Assembly: GCA_016748015.1 (NCBI GenBank)
Contig: JAAOMT010000226.1
Location: forward strand, 912,604-976,603
Direction of reading: 5' to 3'
DNA: 64,000 nt
DNA from: Geosiphon pyriformis uo1
Taxonomy: Eukaryota > Fungi > Glomeromycota
The notes below the pieces were generated by a model, which searched no databases, was not told the origin of the DNA, and saw nothing but the letters and a program-made list of their open reading frames with translations. The position numbers and the translations under genes are program-made. Of the stretch, positions 41,092-54,800 are shown one piece after another (the stretch's first letter is position 1; each line of letters begins with the position of its first letter).

Positions 41092-42274
41092 CTAATTATA
41101 TGATAACAAATAGTTAATATATGTAATATTAATAAAAACTATGGCTTTTAATTATAAAAATAATATTGCACTTAGATATATAAAAAAAAAGCTTTTTTAA
41201 AAAGATTTTAATTTAATTTAAAATTAATTGATTATTATAAAGCAACAAAATAAATCTTTATATTAAAAAACCAAATTATTTCTTAATTATTTATTTAAAA
41301 ATGAAGTGTTTTTATATAATACTTTAAAATTTTTTCGTTATTAAATTTAACAAACTAAATTAATCAAATTAAATTTAAAGCAAAATATTGTTATCTAAAT
41401 AAAAAAACCAATTAATTACAAAAAAAACTATAACAAAAATATAATAATATAAAATAATATACAATAAATAATAATAACACAAAATAATTTAAAATAATAT
41501 ATAATAATAAATTATAATTAGCAATAGTAAAATAATATAAGAAATAATAAAAAATAGCAAGCTTTTAGAATTACGTTATAAAACAAAAAAATATGTATAT
41601 ATATAAATAGGTTTAACTCAAAAAAAAACATCTTAAAATAGTTTTAATTATAATTAAAAAAATTTTAATTAAATTATTTCTTATTTTTATTTTTCTAATT
41701 AAATAAAAATATTTTTTATTTTAATAAATTATGAATTGAAATATTTTAATTGTATTTAATAGTATCTTATAAATTATTTTATTAATGTTAGATACAATTA
41801 ATATAATCATGTTCTAATAATTTAAAAAAATTGCTTTTAATTATAGCAATTGATAAAAATTCTAATTATTTTATTTTAGAAATTATTAGTAGTTTAAAAA
41901 AGTTCAAAAAAGTACAAAAGTATTTTAATTATTGTAACAACATAATTTGACATCATAACAAGTAATTTAACTGTTATAAATGAGTAATTTGATATCATAA
42001 TTGCTTAATAAAAGACAGAAGTATATTATAAATTTTAATTTTACAACAAATTTATTAGTTTATTAAAAGAGCAAAAAACCAAATACTAAGTGTAATTAAA
42101 TAGCATAAAATAAACTGAAAATTATTCCAATTAACTATTGTATTAAAATTAACAATATTGTTACCAAAACACTTTAATTTTTTTGTTTATTATAAAAAAA
42201 CATCTACAAATAAAACATAACAGCAAATTTAAAATAAATAGTGCTATTAAAAGTAATTATTCTGTTATTTTAAA

Positions 42275-43140
42275 TGTTACTAAAAAGTTTTTATATATTT
42301 TTAATTATCGTTAAAAGTTGTTGAATCTTTGACAATGTATTTATCTCCAAAGTATCTTTTTATACTTTGAACTGTGTATGCTATTGGGCTTATGGAATGG
42401 CCAATTCTATGCCAATAATCTTTATGTAGTTATTTTGTGTTAAAAGTTAACTTTTCTACAAGAATCTTCCTTCTGTAGGATTTCTAAAATGAGTTACTTT
42501 GCAGTAAAGTCAACTCTTCTACAGGAATTCTTCTTCTGTAGGCTCTTCAAAAATTATAAAAATAAAAATAAAATGTGTTTTTCCAATATGAATTTCAAAC
42601 TAGTTTCGCGAGTTGTCATTTTTCTAATTATGAAATCTCAGTTTAAATCAGAGCTTAAAACGAAGTTTCAAAATTTAAAATTCAAAAATTAATCTAGCAG
42701 AGATTAATTTTATTGTCTATTAGTATCGAGAAGAAACTTATTGCAAGGTATTTATTGCCTGATTTCTATTGTCCGATTTCTATTGTCAGATTCTATTTAA
42801 AGATTACATTTCTTGAAAGAGAAAAAGCTTTTCTTTTATACAAGTTTTCGTTGTACTATTCTATGTTTGAACTTTTTGTTTTTACTAGAATATTTGTTAA
42901 TTTTTGTAAATAAATATGAATTTTAATAAACTATTCATTATTTCGAAAAACTTTGGTTGATTTACTTGAAATCTACCTAAAATACATACTTTCTGTAGAT
43001 CAATGCTAATTTTGTTTAATATTATTAACTAATAGTAATTATTAATTTCAAAATAAATAATTAAATAACTAAATTAAAATATTAGATAATTGAATAACTG
43101 GGTAATAAATAATTGAATAAATAAATAAAGTAACTGATAA
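42275..43140 (-). repeat. LTR related to family B, probably solo; right boundary uncertain
   Basis: Starts tgttacta; shares blocks gggctta, ccaatt, gttactttgc..aaagtcaactctt and aaagcttttcttttatacaa with 18337-19261. Confidence 0.65.
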
Positions 43141-46119
43141 ATAGTAAATAATATATTATAAGAAATTAAAATATTTTTTTAATCTTTTGTATTCTTATTT
43201 TTTTACAAATAATACTAATTGTTAAAAACAAATACTATACTTAATTAAAAGTTACAAGAATTTTAACTTATTTATCATGATTAGCATACTTAAATATCAG
43301 CAATTTGTAATTACTTTAAAATAATTATTTCCTAAAAACAATTTTTTATTAAATTTAAAGATTTAATTAAATAGTCTTTGAAATAGTTTTATAAAAAAAA
43401 ATACAATACAATTAACTTAAAATAACTTGTCATTTATTAAACAATACAAAATTAAAAACACTATTTTTGTTAACTATTTAATTTTTACATTAATTACAAA
43501 AAATTTATATAGTTAATTAACAAAATACTATTAAATAAAATACTTGTTTTTAACAGTTTACTTTTAAGATTTATTATAAAAAAACCAAAAACACAAATAT
43601 TAACAGTTTGTTAAAAATAAAACAAATATAATTTATTGTTTATAAATTATTAAATTTATTAATATTTAATATAATATTTATTTATTTATTTATAAGTTTG
43701 AGAAAAAATAATGTCAAAAAAACAAAGCATTATTTATAAATAATTAAGAAATTATTTTATTCAAAACAAAATTTTATATTATCAAAATTATTAAAACCAA
43801 AATAACAAAATTACTAAAAATTATTTTAATTAAAAATTTATTAAATAAAATAGAAATAAACTTAATAAAATTTCTATTAATTATCTTTAAAAAAATCAAT
43901 ATATTGCAATAATAATTGATTATTTTACTAAATAGTTTAAAGCCAGAATAATTTAAGTAGTTAATATTAAATAAATAATCAATTTATATATTAAAAACTA
44001 ATTTATTAACATAGATGTTTCAAAAAACTATTATTAAATTAAGAAACTTATTTTGTTAACAATGTTTTATCAAAATTAAGTTAATATTTTAAAATTAAAA
44101 AATCATTATTATTATTTTAACACAAATTATAGTTTATTATTTGTTTTAATTTAATATTAATTATTTAAATTACTAATTAATAGTATTATTATTTTATTTA
44201 AAATATTGCAATCTTTGTATTAATTTTATTAAGTAAAAAATTTTATAATGGTTTTATGTTTTCAAAAATTTTCAGCATTGTTTTTTTAAAAAATTTATTG
44301 AGTTTTAATTTTATTTTCCAATTTTTTGTTTTATTTTCATATTTAAATTTAATTTTTTATTTAATTAATTTATTATTATTTTTTAATAAAAATAAATAAC
44401 TTTTTAATTTTAAATAGCTGTAAAAGCTTTTAAAACTATTGTTTGTTTGTTTTTAAAATAATTATATAATAATTTAAATATTAATTGTTTTGTTTTTATT
44501 TAAATGGTGCAAATACTTCATTTTTTAATAAATAATTATTGTAATTATTGTTTTGTTAAGTCAATATAATAATCAAATTTTTTATACTAATAAAAATTTA
44601 AATTATTAATTTTAGTTATTAGTTAAACATTTAAAATTTTGAAATTTGCTAATATATATTTTTTATAATATTTATTATAAAAACCAGATTTTAATTTCTT
44701 AGTAAATTGTTACAAACTTAAAGTTATTATTAATTAGTACTAAAATATTTTTTGCTTAATAATTATTACAATATTAATTGGTTTTATTATTATTATTATT
44801 ATTTTTTGCAAATTAATTTGCTGGTTGATATATTCTTTTATCATCTTTCTAATTTTTGTTTTGAGTTTTTTAACTTAGAGTTATTCAATAAAAAATTATT
44901 ATATTAAATTAACTATTATATAATTAATATAGTAATTAATTAAATTAATATGAATTTATGTAAATAATCTTATTTGCTACATATTCGATTATTTATATTG
45001 TTGTTTTTTAAAATTAAGAAAATAGGTTTGACTTTTAAAAAAAAAGTATTTTTATATTAAATTATTTTAAATTTATAATAATTTGTTATTTGGGAAATAA
45101 AAGTATTTTGACAAATACAAATTTTAATATCAAATTTTTATTAATTTATAGTTGTTTAATTAATTATTATAATTAATCTTGGCAATTGGAGTTTTTGTAG
45201 TTTTTGGCAATTAAAGTTTTTTAGTATTTTGGATAATTTGATTGAAAAAAAATTAATTTAAAAGTAAAAAATTGTCAATAATCAAAAAAGAATTAATAAA
45301 GATGCAAAAGTATTTAGCAATTTAAAATAAAAAACATTTAAATAAAATTTTTTTAATAGTTTCAATAATTTATTGGCAGATGCCAAAATATAATTATTGT
45401 TAATTTTTTTCAAAATTCTGAAAATATTGGTTGATTTTTAATTTTTTTATAGGTAACTTATTCAAGTTCTTTAAAAATATTATTAAAAAATATATTCGAG
45501 TCAAACAATATTTTTTGCAACAATTTCTAAGTGAAAAAAAGTTGTTATAATAAAAATATTTAATAATTATTACTATGTATATTTTACAAATTTAATAGAA
45601 AAAAAATTCTATTAAACTATTTCTTTATGACAACTGGCTTAAATAATAATACTAATAAAAAATTTGGGACAAAAAAATAGAAATGATTCTTTTTATATGA
45701 TAAACAATTATTTAAAAATCTAAATATATGTTTTATATCTAAAAAATAAACGTATTTATTATTATGTCTGAATATTTTTTCTAATAAATTTGTCTTGATA
45801 ATAATGTATAATAAAAAATTTATATATTTTATAAAAAGTTTAATTATTTGTAAAATCAATATATATTTTAAAATAAAATAAAAATAAAAATATTTTTAAT
45901 ATGAATTATATGTTATTATGCTAAATTTTATTATTATTATAATAATTTATTGAGTTTTTTATTAATATATTTATTTTTTAGTCTTTATAAAATTATAAAT
46001 AATATTGTATATATTTATTATTATTATTTTAATGCTTTTTATATTTTGACATCGTTAAAAATTTTATTATTTTAAAATTCGATATTTTAATTATATATTT
46101 CAATTTAATAGATAATATT

Positions 46120-46230
46120 CCGAATGGCTGGTCACATGTAGAAAGCGTGTGAGCTACTCCTAATACGTAATATTCCCTGTTACGTACTTTTAGGTTGTAG
46201 TTGGATCACACTCAGTTGAAGCATATAAAA
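46120..46230 (+). mobile_element. Short LINE-tail or SINE-like insert
   Basis: GC-rich island in AT-rich DNA with the shared motif ggctggtcacatgtagaaag; ends A-rich. Confidence 0.7.
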
Positions 46231-46647
46231 TATTTTTTGAAAACTAATTTTATTTTATTTCTAAAAATTTTATTTTGTTTTAATAAATTTTATTAAAATT
46301 ATAAATTAAACAAAAATTAAAATTAATATTTTATTATACTAAATAATAATGAATTATTTAAAAAAATTTAAAGCAAATACAAACAATAAAAATAATATTT
46401 AACATATATATATACACATTAAAAAAACATATTATATTATTTAAATTTTTCATTTTCGCAATACATTTAAATAGAATATTTAAAACCAAAAGTAAAAAAT
46501 AAATGAGTAAAATTATAAAAAACAGTTAAATAAAAATTAATTATTTAAATTTTAATAATTTACCAAAAAAAATCAGAAAAATCATGTAAATATAAATATA
46601 TAATTTCTGAATACAAATAGAAAATATAAAGTCTTAATGAATAATTA

Positions 46648-46756
46648 CCGGTGTCTGGTCACGTGTGGAAAACGCATGATTCACATCTATGGTAGATTTT
46701 GCCACTGGTGTATGTAGTCAAAGGACTACATTTTGTTAAAGTACGATAAAAAAAAA
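46648..46756 (+). mobile_element. Short LINE-tail or SINE-like insert (divergent family)
   Basis: Motif ctggtcacgtgtggaaaacgcatgattc followed by poly-A. Confidence 0.7.
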
Positions 46757-46987
46757 TAATATAAAAAAACCAAAAAGACACAATAAAATTTATTAAATAT
46801 TTAAATTTAATTTAATTTTATTAAAATTGGTTGAAAAAAAATATTATTAATTATTTAAAGCATTAAGTTGGCAGTACCAAGACTTATTTATAAATATAGG
46901 ATAGTTCCATGTGGATGATTAGCTGTATTTGAGAGAATTTCAGATTATTAAAAATCCCCCGTTTTATCAAACATAACCAATGCCTAA

Positions 46988-48526
46988 ATGGCCAATCAAA
47001 TTAAGCTCTATTCTTCGAATAATATAACAATGAGAACATCAGACAGGAGGCTTAACTTCGTCACTTTTGAAACTTTGGCATTTCCTATATGTGCCATGCT
47101 ACCTATGGACTATGGCAAAATTGTTATAGCGATCGCTTGGGCTCTAAGCTCCTGGACTAAAGGTTTTTCTTCTATATTTCTACTGTTTAACATTGCAAAT
47201 TATGCTAACCTGATTGACTGCTTTTTGTTACAATCAGCTTATTTGGTTATGCACAGTGCTCGTGGGGGAGCACCTCTACTTTTTCGCAAAAGGCTCGCAG
47301 AGGATGAGAAAAAGTTTATAGCTTTAACACATATGATGGTAAGTCATCAACTGTGCTATTCTTTTATTTCAAAACCCGCTAGAACTCCCGCATGGTCCTT
47401 CTCTTGTACGCGTTGCCAAATCGGTTTCTAGAACTGGAAAAAGGAAAGGAGCAATCAGCCAGTGAGGAAAGTAAAGATTATTGAATAGACTGCTAGAAAA
47501 AAATTTGAATTCAATATGAATTGACATCGCAAAGGTCTAGAGTATAGTGTTCATATTTCGTATGTCCTAATGGCTATATGGAGTAGCTAGTAAAAGAATT
47601 GTTGATGTAGAAGATCAGGCCGAGGAATTTTTCTGAAAAATTGAGCGAGTAGTGGTATGTGTTTGATTTAACTCATATATTCCTTCTCATTTTTGTTTTA
47701 AAGATTGTATATGTACTATTGAAATGGCTCAATGTGAAGGTGAGGTAAATTTGTTACAGGTTGATTGAAAATGCCATTAGAAGTACTAACCAGTCCTTTT
47801 TAACTTTCACTCTAGCGACTTCCTTCGCCACAAACCACCAGACTTCCTTCCTTTTTTTCTTTCATCCCAAATCTGTTTTGCCTTTATTTTCCTACACTTA
47901 TCATCGAAGAGTTCGTGCACTTTTTGCTTTTAAGACATTTCTTCAATATACGTAATGCAAATAGTTTTACTATCAGGGGACGTTCACCACCACCAGAAGC
48001 AAAAGACGAAGATTGTTGTGTATGCTATGGTGTTGGCATAGGCTCTCTAACTACAACATTTCTTACTGAAATTGATGAAGAAGAACATACCGACGAAGAA
48101 TATCTAGGGATTTTGGAAAATTATTGTAATATATCACATCACGTTGCTCATCGGCCCTGCATGTTTAAATGGTTCACTCTTGGCCTTACGAGGACTTCAG
48201 GAGTTTTTCAGGATTTTAACCAAAGGTTGAATCAGATGCCTTTCTTAAGACAAGCTCCAACTTGTCCTTCTTGTCGCGGAGATTTGGCAATAGATCTTAT
48301 TACTAAAGATTCTCCCGAAATCTTTCCGCGAGTTGGTCATAATTGGAGAGAAAGAGCTGCATGGGAATCAAAAATAAATGGATTAGCCAAAGATTGGAAA
48401 AAAGTCATGAATTGGAGATGGATATTCGCACGAGGCGAATTAACAATGGCCTATATTATAATTGTTTGGAAAATTCTAAAATGGAGAGAAAAGATACAAG
48501 ATAAATTGTTGAGGCGTTCAACATAA
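46988..48526 (+). CDS. Multi-exon membrane-associated RING-finger protein (putative E3 ligase); 5' exon structure uncertain
   Basis: CCVC...YCNISHHVAHRPC...CPSCR in ORF 47915-48526; hydrophobic segments; splice sites near 47163/47238 and 47339. Confidence 0.72.
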
Positions 48527-49591
48527 TTTAGATTCTTGATCAAAAATAGATTTCGAAAATCCTCACCGAAAAGACTCACAAAGGATCGTAAGCCATCAAT
48601 ATCTGATCATTTGCTCCCCCAGCAAACTATAAAAATTAATTTGGAAAGAATATGAAGGTGTGGGTAAATCAAAATTACGAATGCAATGCGGCAGTGAGGT
48701 GTGGCTCAGAAGCCAAACATAAAAATTATTTGTTTGTATGCCATTGAAAATTTTGGATTGGCAGTTTATCACGCATGATATTATTCGGTCTATAACGATA
48801 AATTATAATCCCTAATCATAACAAGTTTTAATTACAGTAGTATAAAAAGCCTGACTATCTTCGGGAACTTCCAAGTTTATCTGCACACGGAAAAAAAGTA
48901 TTTCATGTTGAATACAGAAATCTTCAAGGAAAGAAAAAAATTGCTCATCACATCCGTTAACGATGTACTCGTGTAAACTTCAAAAAATGGCAAGAAAGCA
49001 GCAGCTTCAACAGGGTGCTAAATATTATTTTAATTAATAGCGATCTAATCGCTATAAAAATTCCAAGTTATTCTTATCAGGAGTAGCCGAAACTCACGGT
49101 TATAAACTCGTGTTTGATTTTACGCTTTAGCCTTGATCTACAACGTGTGGATTTCATTTATTTGTTGTTACATTGTTCATCAATACCCTAGCACGAATAG
49201 ACTGAATATGCTCATATTTCCACATGCCTATTGGTCACACTCAAATTTTTATATATCAACGGATCTTACTACTTTCGCCTAGTGTTTGCTTAGTCGACGA
49301 ATGGTATATTATAAACAAGTGGAGTTGTCCAGCATTCGCCTTCCAACCTCCTCCTCTAACTGTCCAATCAGAGACGGTGGTGGAATTTTTGCTCAACATC
49401 TAACTACTGGCAGTAGTCTTATGAAAACTACTTTCTTATTAGCAACAGCAGCAAAGAGTCACTTTTAAAGTAACTCACTTATCGGTCCAAATTTCTACGT
49501 GGATAGATTTTAAAGGCCTCAAAAATTTTTCTTTTTCACGTTTCTATCATACACCTACACCAACTTCCATTTTCATAACGCAAAAATAAAA

Positions 49592-50803
49592 ATGCTTCAC
49601 CAACAATTTAACGCTACTTATGTATTTCCTTCGGAAACAACTCATACAACTGCAACAAGCTCAGGTAGGTTTATTTAAGAGGATGTTAAATGGGTGGAGT
49701 TACGCGTGCAGAAAGTGACGTGTCACCTTGAATAAATAAGTTAAAAAGTATAAATGGATGGAAATTATGAAAGAATATTTTATCAATATTGTCTAATTAA
49801 AGTAAAATTACACATGTTTACAGAGCCACACTTCGATTGTCTTCTAGTACCTTTAAGCGCGTTAGGAGAAAACCCGCCTTCACAGTTGCTCTCTCCCGCC
49901 CCTTCTTCACCCATGTCTACACTTGAGCTACGCGATTCTCCAACTGCTGACGAACTGGACGTTCCTGAATTTTTTCAGTACAGTAAAGAAAAATATGAAA
50001 GTGCAAAATCAGGAAGTCGTAAACGACGTAAATCTGCACGTGATGATTGTGATACAGCATCATCTTTAGATGGTGATGAAGGGGATGACCCAAATAGGCG
50101 AGTCTTTAATAAATTGTTGGTGGATTTTCTCCAGTCCTTTACCATGTGAAATTTATGAATTAATGAAGTTCGTAATCTTGGACGCGAAATTTATATCCTA
50201 ACGCGCATTCAAAGCGCAAGATTAGCTTACACGCGATTAATATCTCATTTAATATATGTATGTTTTATAGTGGTGTCTCCCATGCTGAATATCGACGACA
50301 AGTGCATATTCAATCTGAGCAGAAAAGGCGCGCAGAAATTAAAGACGGGTTTGAAGAACTGCGTAGGCAATTGCCAATCGGCTCTAATGGTCGTAAAATG
50401 AGTAAAGCTGCCTTGCTTCAAAGAAGTATGTGTCCATATTTTTAATAACGTTATATGGTTGACCACGCGTCTTATGAATGATTGTGAAAATCCAACTTGA
50501 TAATAAATTCCACATGTTAACGTTATCTGGCTGTTCCTTTTTGCTCACTTATCATAGCCGTGACTCATCTTAAAAACATAAAGAACAGGGAAGCGTTCCT
50601 TGTTGATGAAGTCACTCGTCTCCATCAATATTGTACTTATTTGAATAATGAACTTGACAAGGAGAAAAAGTACTTATTAATTTGATTTGCAAAATTTGAA
50701 AATTATTGGTCTTGATGCTCATAACCTCTTTAAATTTTTTAGAATGAATGCTGTCTATCGACAAAAAGAAACGCTTGATAAGATTTATGCGATTGGACTT
50801 TGA
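49592..50803 (+). CDS. bHLH(-Zip) transcription factor, Myc/Max/Mlx-like basic region, five exons
   Basis: Exons 49592-49664, 49824-50097, 50271-50425, 50558-~50669, ~50743-50803 join in frame: RRQVHIQSEQKRRAEIKDGFEELRRQLP..KMSKAALLQRTVTHLKNIKNREAFLVDEVTRL. Confidence 0.92.
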
Positions 50804-51678
50804 ATTACTTAATCGCATAGTTTCAAAATTCTGCCAGGTTTTAAACAGGAGGCCAAGGAATTTAAAAAATCAAGTACCTATTGTTTCTTTCGTGATCTCT
50901 TTGTACACATTATAGCCACTTCTTTTATAGGCAATGTGTGTTGCCATTTCGCTGTTTATACGAGCACCCTCTCATAAATTTCCAGCACATGCCCGAAAAA
51001 TTCACAAAAAAATTAATTTGTCGACCGCCTTTAGTAACCCTTTTATAGTTTTCTTTTCTTTTTTTTTTGGATCCCGCTGATTTTCTTTGCGATCTTTCAC
51101 TTTGAATATTGACCGAAACGTACTTATCGCTCTTTCTTATCATGTTCATTTGGCTTTTTCAGATTTCCCGTAGTGTGTTGATGTTTGTTTCAGAAATGGC
51201 CATTGCCTTTGGGTCCTTGATTGGCAAGGTCGGTGTGCAATTTGGTCTCGATTTTCTTTTTCTTATATCGTTTCTGTTGTCTATATTTTTTCCTTTCCCT
51301 CTTTGGTTTCGTTTCGTACATTTGTAGATTTTTTCACATTATTTTCTTTTTTTTTCTATTCCCTTTTTATAAGATTGGGTGACTAAAAAGTTTATTAGGC
51401 TTTCTGTAGTGATGGAATGTTTGGGATATTTCAATTTGTCGGCACCAAAAATATGTTGCTGGAAAAGACAAAGCGTTGCCGAATCATCTTGCACCGTGTA
51501 TATGTCTAATGTTCTACCTTTCAAATTCGTTTGAAATTGGTTTTTTTTGCAAAAGGATCTTGCCAACTTACTATAGTTTTGCTGAAATCTGTCAACCTAT
51601 TGACTCCTTGAAACAATCTAAGAAAGGAAAATCTTTTGAATCATCGCCTAATCAGAGACCCTAGCTGATAAATTAAAA

Positions 51679-51817
51679 GGGCCCCGACATTTCATTGTTC
51701 TAAGCTTTTTACTTTTTGGAGGCAAAACCCAGAGGACTCATGATTTTGCCCTCTTTACAGCCGAGATTCGATAAGCGTTATCGACTTCCTCAGCTGGGCA
51801 GTTCACAGCGCGTCCTC
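51679..51817 (-). ncRNA. Candidate structured RNA, class unknown
   Basis: 86-nt multi-stem hairpin at 51732-51817 plus a second G-U-rich stem; G-U pairs form only on the minus strand; no ORF. Confidence 0.35.
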
Positions 51818-54800
51818 AAATTTGAGTTTCGATGATTCCAAATAAAACAGATTTTTCCGACCAATCAAACAGTATTAAAAACGTGCCAAATGTTGTAATA
51901 CGGTGGCGTCACATCACGCGATCTTTCAAAAACTAAGCTAACATTTGATAGTGGTACCGAAATAAACGAAACCCAGGAAAGAGCTTGGCGATCTAAGATG
52001 TTGATCTTCAAACATATCAAAGTTCAATGGCCAATCGTGTGCCAGCTTTGGATGTGCAAAAAAAGATTCATTTCGGAAAAATCTACATTGGTCACCTTCC
52101 ATTTCGGTCTACGTGCATTTTTTTTGTCATTTCAAGAAACATACGTGCATCACCACGTTTTTTGGCGGTCACATTCCCAATATAATCATTCGGCGGTCGA
52201 TCATTGATATTTCAATAATTCGTATCGCCACTAAAAGAATTACACGTTTTTTGGAGCACGTTAATTTAATGTTCAGCACCTAGAAAATCGAACAGAATCT
52301 GGTGTTATTACAATGGAAGCTCGAGGTTTCTGAAAGTTGTATATGTAAACCATTCACATAATTTTTTAAAGTTGATTGGGGCTTTTTGTTATGTTTCTTG
52401 AAATTGTCTATCGGTAATATAACAAAATTCCCATTATTACGAGTTTTTACAAGAGCAAGTGGTACATGTACATAAAATTATATATCAAAAGAGGAAATTT
52501 ACATGAGATTTTCAATTTTATACCAGCTTTGGGTTAGTTAATTCCCATGGTTTCACTATTCGGGAACAATTGAACATCAGGAAAATTTTTAGAGGTACAT
52601 TTTTGCTAAATTCAAAAATTTATAAATTCTATGCCTAATCTAAACTTGACTATTTTAAGGTAAGTTCAAATTTATGTTTGTTGTTACAATTAACTGGAAT
52701 TTGAGGATCCTCTACTTAGCGCCAGATAAATAGAAGGCAACTCAGAAGACTAGAAGGTCTTTGTTTCTTGATGATTTTATATTTATTTGTTTCTGTTGAT
52801 GCAAATTATTAAGGCTCGGTTTTTTGCGAGATTTTTTCCAAGTTTTCATTTGATGTGATGTAGATGATTGTCAATGTATGATCAAACCAACGGCGTATTA
52901 TTATTTAACTAAGACAAAAACCATTATTGGTATGACAAGGGAGGACGTTGTACAGGCACAACAAAGAAAAACCGACTATTTCACAAAGAGTACAGTTAAT
53001 ATAAGGTTTATTACATATTCAAGCTTTAGCCACTTCCTTGTACACCTATGTGAAATGCCAAAATTTTTTATTTACCTTGCAGTTCAGTTAAAAGAAAAGA
53101 TCAACGTGGTAACAAAATTTTCTGTTTTCAGAACCACGAGTTTGAATTTAATGATAATATTTATTGTCAAGTTTTATCTTGAAAAAGTATAAAGAATATG
53201 AGTCCTCTATGACTTAATATTGCCTGGTTAACTTAGAAAAAAGTTAATAAGATTATGACATTGTATAGATGTAATATTTTGAGCAAAGCAATTAGGATCA
53301 AGACTAACCCTAAATAAATCATCTTCATCGATGAGAAGGTTTCACCAAACAATTTTACCTTGGACCCTTGATCATTTTTATTTAATAAAAAAGGATAAGT
53401 TTTTAAAACATTTGCGGCTTATGACCAATGCTTCGAAAAATAGATTTTCAACATCTCAAATTTTGGAAGATTTTTATGATCAGAATGTATTTCAATTAAA
53501 TGATGCTGTTTAGGTAACGATCAAATATAAAGACTTGGTTTACTTTGCCTATTTTTGATAGATGAATCATAGTCTCTTTAATTTAGGGAGAGAATATTTT
53601 CTATAAGCTGAGACTTGAAAAGATATTATTGAAATTTGACGATATCTGCGAGAGGTCATGTGGAATTTGAAATTAAGGTTTCATAGACTACTTCAGGGTC
53701 AGCTGGTTATTATTATTATGATCTAGAAATTGAAACCAATTCCAAATTTAAACTAAATAAAAATTTGTTAAGCTATAATATGGAATGAAATCAAATTGTA
53801 TTATTTGTTAATTTCCTTTTTAATCTATTATTAATAATTGGGGATTCAAATTATATAGTTCTGACAAAAAGAGAATTGGTAGTACTCTGTACGAGTCAGG
53901 AGATAACTTATTGAATCAGAATATTCTCAAGAAATCCTGTAAGGGCCTGAATTGATGGAAAATCAAAGATCTTGAAGACCCAAATATTTACTCAATTTAA
54001 ATGACCCAACAATTTTTTTTGTATACTAGGTACAAAGTCAGATTCTGAATCTAGCATGACATTTAGAGGTTAAAGAAATAATTTTTCTTTGAATAAATAA
54101 ATTTACTAAAGAACATTGTGAGCATTATAAACCTTTTCAAAAAATAGAATACATGAGGTTTTAAGTGCACATATCATTTCCAAGATTTTTGATTCGATAT
54201 TCTTGGGGTTTTGAAAAGCAAATTTAAACGCACTTTGTATTGCCATTTAACAGAAATGGAAAAAATTTAAATATAAAATTAGTTACTTTGACTGAGGCTC
54301 TAATGATTCCGCTTGGATAAAAGGTTTATAATAATTACAATATCTTTCATGGAACGTCCAATTGTATAAATCACCTCTTCTTAATGGTGACTATTCTATA
54401 TTGTTTATCTAAAATTAGAATTCTTTGAGAAAATAGGGCTTTCTCGAGTTTTAATAAATTCTTCATGTCGTTTTTTAAGAAGAATGAGGTCAAGTCTAGC
54501 TATCTAAAACTTGTCTAAAGACTTATGAGGCCATACTTTCCTGTTGTAACTCCACATCATCACACTTTTTTCAACTCAAACACATCGGGTAGCATGAATT
54601 ACTTGCTCATTTCGGAAATTCTTAACAAGTTCGAGTGCTATCAAAGAATTGACATTTCTTATTTTAAGTGATAAAAATTCAATCGAATCTTCAAAATTGA
54701 TGGGATTTCAAGGACAAACTCTCAACAATATCAGATCAACGAGCTCTACCGAGTAATAAGCCTTCATTGATTCGAGAAAATTCGAACCATCTCAACCCCA

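Larger units (their letters stand above)
36900..46850. repeat. AT-rich decayed repeat block, including inverted copies of the 1-3900 and 10705-11410 family
   Basis: No real ORFs; reverse-complement matches at ~37790-38900 and ~41400-42270. Confidence 0.65.

Noticed and set aside
36996-45859. Short I/K/N/F/L-rich ORFs in AT-rich DNA
   Set aside because: Compositional artefacts with no motifs.
51674-51725. U11 snRNA (AAAAGGGC start, Sm-like TTTTTGG)
   Set aside because: The Sm-like site is too close to the start, the expected stem-loops are absent, and the pairing favours the opposite strand.
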